A stretch of 34,066 bases of DNA from Calditrichaceae bacterium (GTDB taxonomy: Bacteria; Calditrichota; Calditrichia; Calditrichales; JBFXGD01), in NCBI GenBank assembly GCA_050178385.1, contig JBFXGD010000020.1, positions 1 through 34,066 on the forward strand. The letters run 5' to 3'. Each line of letters starts with the position of its first letter. Within the stretch, counting starts at the first letter, position 1. This document shows, piece by piece, positions 19,001 through 26,140 of this stretch. The notes under the pieces were generated by a model. The model did no database searches. It had not been told where the DNA came from and saw nothing but the letters and a program-made list of their open reading frames with translations. The position numbers and the translations under genes were made by a program.

Positions 19001-19200
19001 ATGGCCTGTAAAACCTGTTCGTAGATATCACTTTTCAGCGAATTCATTGTAAATAATGTAAAAAACCCAAATATTAGTAACGGCAGTATGGCGATCACAA
19101 GAAACGACAACAGGAATTTTTTAAATATGCCGAGGCGGAAATCCGGCAGATAACTCAGATATTTGTTTTTTTGAGGTGATTCTGACGGGTACTCTTTCAA
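16018..19200 (-). CDS. Membrane sensor histidine kinase (Cache-like, HAMP, GAF, PAS, HisKA, HATPase)
   Basis: Two TM segments around a large periplasmic domain (YAFMFDDEGWIITHP), RRDEIG HAMP, GAF, PAS, AHEIRNPL, DTGPGI, FDPFYT, GTGLGL. Confidence 0.93.
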   Translation of the reverse strand: MKEYPSESPQKNKYLSYLPDFRLGIFKKFLLSFLVIAILPLLIFGFFTLFTMNSLKSDIYEQVLQAIDQKTQESMELQAVLTATMVQKFLKQCEHDLLAFKDVIPTETNYHYFNNQHKSEIWVRGGTNEYPSEERVLIPLYKEIAIIDANGNEKLKIQDNILLPKKSLKNVRNPKNTTYLCETYFRETAELPENEIYVSHVTGFYVSRKEQLQSAATIEEAVEGKKYDGVVRFAAPLYDYGEFRGIVMLALDHRHLMEFTQHILPNQKSTTVFPVYGSGDYAFMFDDEGWIITHPKFWDIRGVNENGKWVPPYRADSPPEAVAEGRIPFNLDEAGFIHQGYPYVAGQVREGVSGAVVTTNVGGIKKVMAYAPIFYNKGDYKKSGIFGAITIGAEIGRFQHPALSIANDFSRIILFIRNNIVWFIIITFAFAGISSWFISRSFSRPLLKITDAAGRLADGHLDEVINIQRRDEIGVLGMVFNFMAYELKKSKSELLNSMKTLEISKNETENYARDLEYQVKIFKTIQKISNILGTTFDINKILRLILQNSVESMGFDRAILYLIDDSGTYLECRETFGFSDEQEHLARRSKYNLHRFDCIETRVVKTGRIVRVDDFKVYPEATPLDKKIRKLGKSNSFVFIPLKIKETIIGILGADKLFTKEIISDLDINSLQILANQAARVIENTQLYREIIQQRNFVEDVLRYMLNGVITTDKNGKITSINRSAIHILKAEREEIIGRTVWQVFKNHQYVIDEVQKSIKSKGFYHGYNLELYTAEGIRFVMVNVSVLHNSTGDSTGVIVILQDTTDKKHIDDHLKRIDRLASLGRFAAGIAHEIRNPLTGISLFLDDLHDKISNQPEITKVVEQALTEVERLENLINELLDYAAPSKGQLALKDINKLIDTTLRFVDKQCKNAEIIVKTRLKPDVPVIMMDSEKIRQALLNIIINSIQVMPQGGKLTVSTSCSDDGRLGNSYVGIESNDKEKTWIEIIIEDTGPGIPVSDLDKIFDPFYTKKSGGTGLGLSITHSIISEHSGKIEVRSIEGKGTIFAIYLPALSQPVHA

Positions 19201-19381
19201 ATTATTCTTTCTGAACTGATTTTACTTGAGATTCTCCGAACCATAAATATTAAGATTTTGATATTCTAAAATCAACTGTTATCCAATTCACAAGGTACCA
19301 GTTTCTATTTAAGCTTTAATATTAAATTCGTATAACGAGAAAATCTCTTTCTTTATTTTCGAATCATCCTGTAAAACTCAC

Positions 19382-19427
19382 TTGTTTTTTGATGAGAATT
19401 ATCTATATTAGGTGTACTTATGTACAC
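19382..19427 (+). promoter_or_regulatory. Putative sigma-70 promoter with a palindromic operator (LexA-like) upstream of dnaE
   Basis: TTGTTT (19382-19387) -16 bp- TATATT (19404-19409), then perfect GTGTAC-TTAT-GTACAC (19412-19427) just before the GGAG RBS. Confidence 0.65.
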
Positions 19428-19439
19428 TTGGAGCTTATA

Positions 19440-22400
19440 ATGAACGGATTCGTGCACCTTCATACACACAGTTATTACAGTCTTTTGGATGGTATTTCTT
19501 CTCCGGAAGAACTGGTTATTGCCGCCAAAAAAAGCGGCATGAAAGCGCTCGCGCTGACCGATCATAACAGTCTTTACGGCGCGATCGAGTTTTATCAGAC
19601 CGCGAAAAAATACAATCTGAAACCTATCATAGGCGCCCAATTACGAATTTCGGACGGCTTCGATCTCATTTTTCTGGTAAAAGATGATACCGGTTACCGG
19701 AATTTATGCAATATAATTTCGATCGGGCAGTTAAACGGGGGCCATCTCAAATTCCGGATAGACATAAAAGATATTTTTCATTACAAGGACGGATTAATCG
19801 TTTTGTCCGGCGGTCACAAAGGAAAGATTTTTCATCTGCTCCACAAACGCCGGTTTGATGAGGCAATAGAAGAAGCATGTCAGCTGCAAAGTCAGTTCGG
19901 AGAAGATTTTTTTCTCGAAATGCAGCATTTTTCACCACAGCACACAATTATCAATCTGAGGCTTCGGGATATATCGGCGGAATATAAAATTCCGCTGGCG
20001 GCGACCAATGATGTTCATTTTGTTTCGCTGAAAGACTGGTCACTGCGGCGTGTTTTGCATGCAATCGACGCCAACACAGTCTCCGGCAAAATTGAAACCG
20101 CCGGAAGTTCCGAGCAGCATTTAAAATCCCCCGGGATGATGAAAGAGATGTTTGATGTCTTTCCATCGGCTCTGACGAACACTCAGCGCATCGCGGGAAT
20201 GTGTCATTTTGAGTTTGATCTTGGAAAGCCCATTTTTCCTTCGATTGAACTGCCGGAGGGTGAAACAGGATTTTCATATTTATGGAAAAAGAGTTTTGAA
20301 GGCGCGACCAGGCGGTACAAACCTCTGACGCGTGAAGTAATTAAGCGGCTTCAATATGAACTGCAAACCATCCATGACCTTGGGTTTGCGGAATATTTTT
20401 TGATCGTCAAAAACATAGTCGATTATTGCCATAAAAACCATATTCCATGCGTGGGGCGCGGATCTGCCGCCGACAGTCTCGTTTCTTACGCGCTTGAAAT
20501 TACCCAGGTCGATCCAATCCGTCACAACTTATATTTTGAACGTTTTCTTAATCCGGAACGCGCCGATCCGCCGGATATTGATCTGGATATCTGCTGGAAG
20601 AACAGAGACCGCGTACTCGGCTATGTTTATGAAAAATACGGCAAAGACCGGGTTGCCATGATTTGCACTTTCAACACCTTCCAGGTGCGGTCGGCCATAC
20701 GTGATGTTGCCAAAACCTACGGACTGCCCGAAGACGAAATCGGCAAACTTACCAAACATCTGCCGCACCGCGCCATCGAACAGCTTGAGGAAACGATTAA
20801 CACCCTGCCGGAATTACGCGAACTGCGTCACAATCTCTCATTGTATGAAGAAATCATTCGTATCGCCCATCGTATTGCCGATTTTCCCCGTCACCTTTCC
20901 ATTCATCCCGGAGGCGTCATTATCGCTCCGGACCGGATAACCAATCATACCCCGCTGGAAATAGCCGGGAAAGGAATTGTTATTTCTCAGTACGATATGT
21001 ATTCCATCGAAAAACTGGGCTTGGTTAAAATGGATCTTCTCGGCGTGCGCTCGCTTAGCGTTATCACGGACTGTATCCGCGCGGTAAAGAAAAAGGCCGA
21101 ATCCGGCGATCTGAAAACCGTTGCGGATAAGCATAAAAAAACGCCGGATTTTCTCCTGAAAAACAGCGATGAGCTCTCCCCGCTTGATTTGAGAACGATT
21201 CCCGGGGAAGATCCCGATGTCACCGCCTATATCCGTTCCGGACAGACTATGTGCTGTTTTCAGCTGGAAAGCCCCGCCATGCGCGGATTATTAAGAAAAA
21301 TGATGATTGAAGGCGTTGACGATGTCATTACAGCCGTGGCGCTGATACGGCCGGGCGCATCCGGCAGCGGTATGAAAGAGATCTATATAAAACGGCGCGC
21401 GGGGCTGGAAAAAACCACATATATCCATCCATCCATCGCTCCCGCCCTTGAAGAAACTTACGGTGTCACCATTTATCAGGAGCAGGTGCTGCGCATTGCC
21501 CATCTGGCTGCCGGACTCAGTCTTGGGCAGGCTGATTCACTTCGCAGAGCCATGACCAAATCACGCAATAAAAAAGAATTTTTAAACATTCACGGGGCGT
21601 TCATTCAGGGCGCATTAAAAAACGGACTGGACAATTCACAGGCTGATACAATCTGGCAATTTCTCTCGCAATTCGTCGGCTACGGTTTTAACAAAGCCCA
21701 TTCGGCCACATACGGCACGATCGCCTATCAGACCGCTTTTTTGAAATATTATTTCCCCCTGGAATATATGTGCGCCGTACTCAATAACCAGGGCGGTTTT
21801 TATTCCCGGATGGCTTATACAGAAGAGGCGCGGCGTATGGGATTGCGGCTTTTGACTCCGGATGTTAATTATTCGGAAGCTGATTTTAGCAGTGACAACG
21901 ACGCCATCAGGACCGGACTCGGAGCGGTTTTTGAACTTTCAGAAAAGACGATTCAGTCAATCATAGCCGCCAGAAAAATCAAATCTTTTTCCGATATATT
22001 TGATTTTATCAGAAGAACCCGGGCAAACGAAAAAGAGATCGGGCACCTTATCAAAGCCGGAGCCCTGACATCCATCCATCAAAGCGCGCCCCAGCTTCTG
22101 CTGCTGAACAGGCTGTATTTTAAAAACAAAAAAAAGACGGCTGTTGTACAGTATGTGGCGGGTGAAACCGAACTAGAACCATTTAACGATTATCAAAAAA
22201 TCATCAACGAAATGGAGATGCTCGATTTTGCCGTCACGGATCATCCCCTTGCTCTTTTTGAACAAAATATTCCCGGCGACAGCATCATTCCTTCAACAGA
22301 AATTGAATCTCATAAAGGTAAATCTGTTACCTGTATCGGGTGGCTGGTCACATCACGACGCATCGCCACATCCAAAAATCAATATATGAAGTTTCTCACA

Positions 22401-22628
22401 CTGGAAGATCGTTTCGGCTTGTTTGAAGTCGTCCTTTTCCCTGCCGTTTATAACAGGTTTGGCCATTTAATCCGCACTCACGGACCCTACATTATTACGG
22501 GAAAAATACAGTCCCGTCTGCCGGGAGAAGCCAATCTGATTGTTGATAAACTGGAAATTGTCGCCATGGACAAAAAAGAGATTGAATTTCTTCTGCAAAA
22601 AAAAGAACCTCTGGAATGGAACGATTAA
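19440..22628 (+). CDS. dnaE: C-family DNA polymerase III alpha subunit, probably a non-replicative DnaE2 type
   Basis: HLHTHSYYSLLDG (PHP), GRGSAA, FERFLNPER, PDIDLD, KMDLLG, FQLES, YQEQV, YGFNKAHS, C-terminal OB fold (TLED). ATG 19440 after GGAG. Confidence 0.92.
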   Translation: MNGFVHLHTHSYYSLLDGISSPEELVIAAKKSGMKALALTDHNSLYGAIEFYQTAKKYNLKPIIGAQLRISDGFDLIFLVKDDTGYRNLCNIISIGQLNGGHLKFRIDIKDIFHYKDGLIVLSGGHKGKIFHLLHKRRFDEAIEEACQLQSQFGEDFFLEMQHFSPQHTIINLRLRDISAEYKIPLAATNDVHFVSLKDWSLRRVLHAIDANTVSGKIETAGSSEQHLKSPGMMKEMFDVFPSALTNTQRIAGMCHFEFDLGKPIFPSIELPEGETGFSYLWKKSFEGATRRYKPLTREVIKRLQYELQTIHDLGFAEYFLIVKNIVDYCHKNHIPCVGRGSAADSLVSYALEITQVDPIRHNLYFERFLNPERADPPDIDLDICWKNRDRVLGYVYEKYGKDRVAMICTFNTFQVRSAIRDVAKTYGLPEDEIGKLTKHLPHRAIEQLEETINTLPELRELRHNLSLYEEIIRIAHRIADFPRHLSIHPGGVIIAPDRITNHTPLEIAGKGIVISQYDMYSIEKLGLVKMDLLGVRSLSVITDCIRAVKKKAESGDLKTVADKHKKTPDFLLKNSDELSPLDLRTIPGEDPDVTAYIRSGQTMCCFQLESPAMRGLLRKMMIEGVDDVITAVALIRPGASGSGMKEIYIKRRAGLEKTTYIHPSIAPALEETYGVTIYQEQVLRIAHLAAGLSLGQADSLRRAMTKSRNKKEFLNIHGAFIQGALKNGLDNSQADTIWQFLSQFVGYGFNKAHSATYGTIAYQTAFLKYYFPLEYMCAVLNNQGGFYSRMAYTEEARRMGLRLLTPDVNYSEADFSSDNDAIRTGLGAVFELSEKTIQSIIAARKIKSFSDIFDFIRRTRANEKEIGHLIKAGALTSIHQSAPQLLLLNRLYFKNKKKTAVVQYVAGETELEPFNDYQKIINEMEMLDFAVTDHPLALFEQNIPGDSIIPSTEIESHKGKSVTCIGWLVTSRRIATSKNQYMKFLTLEDRFGLFEVVLFPAVYNRFGHLIRTHGPYIITGKIQSRLPGEANLIVDKLEIVAMDKKEIEFLLQKKEPLEWND

Positions 22629-22676
22629 TAAATCACCCGATATTGCCGACATTAGTTTTTTATTTTTATCTTGCAT

Positions 22677-22783
22677 ATATAAACACATTGCTTATATTTC
22701 ACTTTATATAAGTTTTTTACTTATTTTTGTTTTTATATAAGCTAATCAATTATAAATATGCGAATATAACAGAAAGCCTTATA
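22677..22783. repeat. Four ATATAA-N9-TTAT(A) palindromic boxes at an exact 29-bp period
   Basis: TATAA half-sites start at 22678, 22707, 22736 and 22765: TATAA-acacattgc-TTATA, TATAA-gttttttac-TTATT, TATAA-gctaatcaa-TTATA, TATAA-cagaaagcc-TTATA, with 10-nt linkers. Confidence 0.85.
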
Positions 22784-22789
22784 ACTGCA

Positions 22790-23434
22790 ATGCAAAATCA
22801 ATATCTCGTGATAATCGGTGATATTATCGGATCAAAAGGAATCAAAAATCGTAAACAGGTTCAGCAAAGATTCATGAGCGCGCTGAATGAGTCATCGGCT
22901 GCATACGCGACATCCGTGGTCTCCCCACTGACATTAACCATTGGCGATGAGTTTCAGGTGGTGTTATCGGATTCAGGAATGCTTTTTGATACGCTTTATC
23001 AGATTGAATCGAGCATGGAGGGAATATCTCTGCGCTACGGTTTCGGGATGGGTGGCATTGACACGGAAATTAACAGAGAAAGCGCCATCGGGATGGATGG
23101 ACCGGCATTTCATTATGCCAGAAACGCGGTCGAAACAGCGAGAAATATGAACAAAATATATGTATTAAAGTGCGCCGATAAATCGAAAGAAGCGAGAATA
23201 AATATATTACTGGACTGGTTAAATGTAACAACAGCAAAATGGAATATTCAAAAAAAGAGTATTTTGTTTTATTACGGGAAACGCTGGACCCAGACTAAGA
23301 TTGCCGGGAAAGTCGGAATGACCCAGCCTGCGGTTTCACAGCATCTCAAAGATCCGGCCTTTCCGCTTGTAAACAGGACACAAATGAGTATTCAGACAGA
23401 CATGAACAACATAATCTCGGACCGCACAATATGA
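22790..23434 (+). CDS. SatD-family protein (nucleotidyl-cyclase-like domain + C-terminal HTH)
   Basis: YLVIIGDIIGSK, TLTIGDEFQ, LRYGFGMG, GMDGPAFHYAR, then TQTKIAGKVGMTQPAVSQHL (HTH). ATG 22790 is the likely start. Confidence 0.87.
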   Translation: MQNQYLVIIGDIIGSKGIKNRKQVQQRFMSALNESSAAYATSVVSPLTLTIGDEFQVVLSDSGMLFDTLYQIESSMEGISLRYGFGMGGIDTEINRESAIGMDGPAFHYARNAVETARNMNKIYVLKCADKSKEARINILLDWLNVTTAKWNIQKKSILFYYGKRWTQTKIAGKVGMTQPAVSQHLKDPAFPLVNRTQMSIQTDMNNIISDRTI

Positions 23435-24198
23435 ATATACAAATTATTTACCTGGCGATATATTTAACGGGCCGTCTTTTGTTCTATGATATGAATCTGA
23501 TCATCTATCCGCACGCCCGTCTAAAAAAGCGCTTTATCATCAAACGGATTTTATGGGGAATGACCGCGATAATACTGGCTGTGGATTTATCATCCGCCAT
23601 GCTGATATTCATTATTCACTCGCTGATGGTTTTAATCGACTCGCTTCTTCTTCCGGGAAAAACGCACAATGCTAAACTTTTCCTTCTCCTGCACCTGTTT
23701 ATCGGTCTAATTCTTTTTCCGCTGCAGCTCTCTTTTATGGAAAACTGGCTTCCCGCTATGCCAAATAAAATGGCTGAAATCATATTTGAAGGATTAAAAG
23801 GGAGTGCTTTTCATAAATTCACTCTTCCCGATATAAATATTGACCAGTTACTTCTTATTCTCACGGGATATGTATTTACCCTCAAGGAAAGTACGATCCT
23901 TATACGTCTGATTCTCAACAGGATTCAGGCGGTTCCTACCCAAAAAAACTTTCCCGATGAAACTGATACTGATGAGTATGACCGCGGTAAACTGATCGGT
24001 AATCTGGAACGGACATTTATTTATTTTCTAATCATATTTGATCAGATTGCCGCGATTGCCGTCATTATCGCTTTAAAGTCACTGGCCAGATTCAAGGAAA
24101 TGGATGATAAAAATTTTGCGGAATATTTTTTGATTGGTTCCCTGCTCTCATTATTTCTTGCCGCTCTTCCGGCGGTGTTGGTACTCTTATTGTTCTGA
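23431..24198 (+). CDS. DUF3307/SatE-like polytopic membrane protein
   Basis: Many TM segments; C-terminal GKLIGNLER...ALKSLARFKE...FAEYFLIGSLLS signature; ATGA overlap with the satD stop. Confidence 0.8.
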   Translation: MNIQIIYLAIYLTGRLLFYDMNLIIYPHARLKKRFIIKRILWGMTAIILAVDLSSAMLIFIIHSLMVLIDSLLLPGKTHNAKLFLLLHLFIGLILFPLQLSFMENWLPAMPNKMAEIIFEGLKGSAFHKFTLPDINIDQLLLILTGYVFTLKESTILIRLILNRIQAVPTQKNFPDETDTDEYDRGKLIGNLERTFIYFLIIFDQIAAIAVIIALKSLARFKEMDDKNFAEYFLIGSLLSLFLAALPAVLVLLLF

Positions 24199-24274
24199 GC
24201 GCTCCTTTTTGCAATAATTGATAAACAGTCCCGAAATATTTATTTTCCGGAAAACGATATTCATGGAAGTTCAC

Positions 24275-24769
24275 ATGGCCAAAAAAAGAACCTTTATTTC
24301 GATTTCGTTGATATTACTAATCACTTTTGATCTTATGACTAAAAATTTTGCGGCTGATTTTCTTAAAACAAGGGAATTCATTCCGATAATTGGGGACATA
24401 CTTGTGTTCAGGTATGTAGAGAATCATTCTATGGCGTTTAATTTACTTTCATCTATGGAAACAGACGTACGTTTATATACCATTCTGGCATTAAAATTGA
24501 GCATTTTACTGATTCTGATAATTATCGCGATGCGTAAAAATTCATTTTCCATGCTGCGTTTAACGGCATTTACACTGATTATCGCGGGCGGAATCGGTAA
24601 TTTTATCGACCGCGCTGTCAACGGTTACGTTATTGATTTTATTCATTTTTTTATCTCTGACATTTTTAATTTTCCTGTTTTTAATTTCGCGGATATTTTT
24701 ATTTCGACCGGAATCATAATCTTGCTATTCTGGGGAAAGCCGCTTACTTTATTTGCAAAAATTGATTAA
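24275..24769 (+). CDS. lspA: Lipoprotein signal peptidase II
   Basis: DLMTK, ENHSMAF, GGIGNFIDR, GYVIDFI, PVFNFADIFI. Confidence 0.93.
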   Translation: MAKKRTFISISLILLITFDLMTKNFAADFLKTREFIPIIGDILVFRYVENHSMAFNLLSSMETDVRLYTILALKLSILLILIIIAMRKNSFSMLRLTAFTLIIAGGIGNFIDRAVNGYVIDFIHFFISDIFNFPVFNFADIFISTGIIILLFWGKPLTLFAKID

Positions 24770-24781
24770 AAAGGAGACTGA

Positions 24782-25276
24782 ATGGATCAGAATACGGTGA
24801 TTAATTTTTCTAAATTTAAAACCAGACAGAGTTCTCTCTCTGAATTTGAACGCTTAAAATTAATGGATTATATGGGTAAGAGCCAGCCAATCGTTATGAC
24901 TTACCTGATGGCAGCGACTGAAAGCCTGAAAAGTCAGACCGCGCGAAAAACCCTTTTTGATCTTGGACTGACGCTTTTGATGACGGTTTCTGAAAATAAA
25001 AACAACATTATCGAATACACCACGCTCGACGGGCATAATAAAAAAAATATCCGGCTTTTTGAGTCTGTGCTCAAGTCAGATAATAATCATTTAATTGATT
25101 CTTCGATTGCCATTGTTAATGAATTGCCCGACTCCGAATTACTGCTGATGATTATAGAATCTTTAAAAGAATGGACAAGAGCAGAATCACAGTTTAAAAA
25201 GAATTATTATACAATGATGTTAATTTATCTCAAAACCATCATTGACTGCTTTGCGGAAAAAGAAGTACAAATATAA
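24782..25276 (+). CDS. Hypothetical protein
   Basis: 164-aa ORF with AAGGAG RBS, tightly spaced between co-oriented genes; no motif recognised. Confidence 0.7.
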   Translation: MDQNTVINFSKFKTRQSSLSEFERLKLMDYMGKSQPIVMTYLMAATESLKSQTARKTLFDLGLTLLMTVSENKNNIIEYTTLDGHNKKNIRLFESVLKSDNNHLIDSSIAIVNELPDSELLLMIIESLKEWTRAESQFKKNYYTMMLIYLKTIIDCFAEKEVQI

Positions 25277-25308
25277 ACTTTTCCCTTTAGAGTTACCGGT
25301 TAAAACAA

Positions 25309-26115
25309 ATGAACAAAGAAATCACGCATAAATCCGTAGATTTAAGATTTTATGCGGAACTGAACGATTTTTTACCGGCGGACAAACAATTCATACGGTT
25401 TAATCAGAGATTTAAGGGCACTCCTTCAGTAAAAGACTTAATTGAAGCAGCCGGGGTTCCGCATCCTGAAATTGATTTGATACTTGTTAACAGTGAATCC
25501 GTGAACTTCGCATATAAAATTTCCGATCACGACCAAATTTCTGTTTACCCCGAATTTGAATTATTAAACATTACACCGATCATAAGATTACGAGCGCGGC
25601 CTTTACGTATTACAAAATTCATTCTTGACATAAATCTGGGAAAACTCGCAAAATACCTGAGAATTCTTGGTTTTGACACATATTACAACAATAAACTTGA
25701 TGATTCTGAAATTGTTAGTCTCGCCGGACTTGAACACCGGATCATTCTGACAAAAGACATTGGACTGCTAAAGTACAAGGCAGTGACACATGGCTTCTGG
25801 ATAAGATCTGTCTATGTCAGGGAACAGCTTCGGGAAGTCGTTGAAAAATTGGACATCGGACAGCAGGCAAAGCCTTTCACCAGATGCGCGCATTGTAACG
25901 GAGAACTTGAAATAGTACCCAAAGAAGTCGTCCGTGATAGGCTTGAGCCGCGCACAAAAAAATATTTCAGTGAATTCCGCCAATGTCCGGATTGCGAAAA
26001 AATCTACTGGAAAGGTTCACATTTTAAACGAATGCAAAAAATTTTTGATGATCTCATCGAAATCACAGCCACAAAAAAAAACCCGCATCTTGATCCCGAT
26101 TTTTATTGGGATTGA
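25309..26115 (+). CDS. Mut7-C RNase-domain protein with N-terminal ubiquitin-like domain
   Basis: RFYAELNDFLP...SVKDLIEAAGVPHPEIDLILVN (Ub-Mut7C), FILDINLGKLAKYLRILGFDT, RIILTKD, CAHCNG...CPDC..IYWKGSH. Confidence 0.92.
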   Translation: MNKEITHKSVDLRFYAELNDFLPADKQFIRFNQRFKGTPSVKDLIEAAGVPHPEIDLILVNSESVNFAYKISDHDQISVYPEFELLNITPIIRLRARPLRITKFILDINLGKLAKYLRILGFDTYYNNKLDDSEIVSLAGLEHRIILTKDIGLLKYKAVTHGFWIRSVYVREQLREVVEKLDIGQQAKPFTRCAHCNGELEIVPKEVVRDRLEPRTKKYFSEFRQCPDCEKIYWKGSHFKRMQKIFDDLIEITATKKNPHLDPDFYWD

Positions 26116-26133
26116 TGCGGGATAATATTTTTT
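26073..26133. terminator. Bidirectional terminator between the convergent Mut7-C and lipA genes
   Basis: CCCGCATC...ATCCCGA / TTGGGAT...GATGCGGG stem (26082-26121), A9 on the left and a T-run on the right; overlaps the last codons of the Mut7-C ORF. Confidence 0.7.
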
Positions 26134-26140
26134 CCTGCTC

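Noticed and set aside
19389..19439. N-terminal extension of DnaE from the ORF track
   Set aside because: It spans the promoter and palindrome; the RBS and PHP motif place the start at 19440.
22677..22783. The 29-bp periodic array as a CRISPR mini-array
   Set aside because: The conserved parts are only 4-6 nt arms, there is no 23-47 nt repeat with spacers, and no cas genes are present.
22727..22789. N-terminal extension of SatD from the ORF track
   Set aside because: It runs through the repeat boxes; the family motif begins right after ATG 22790.
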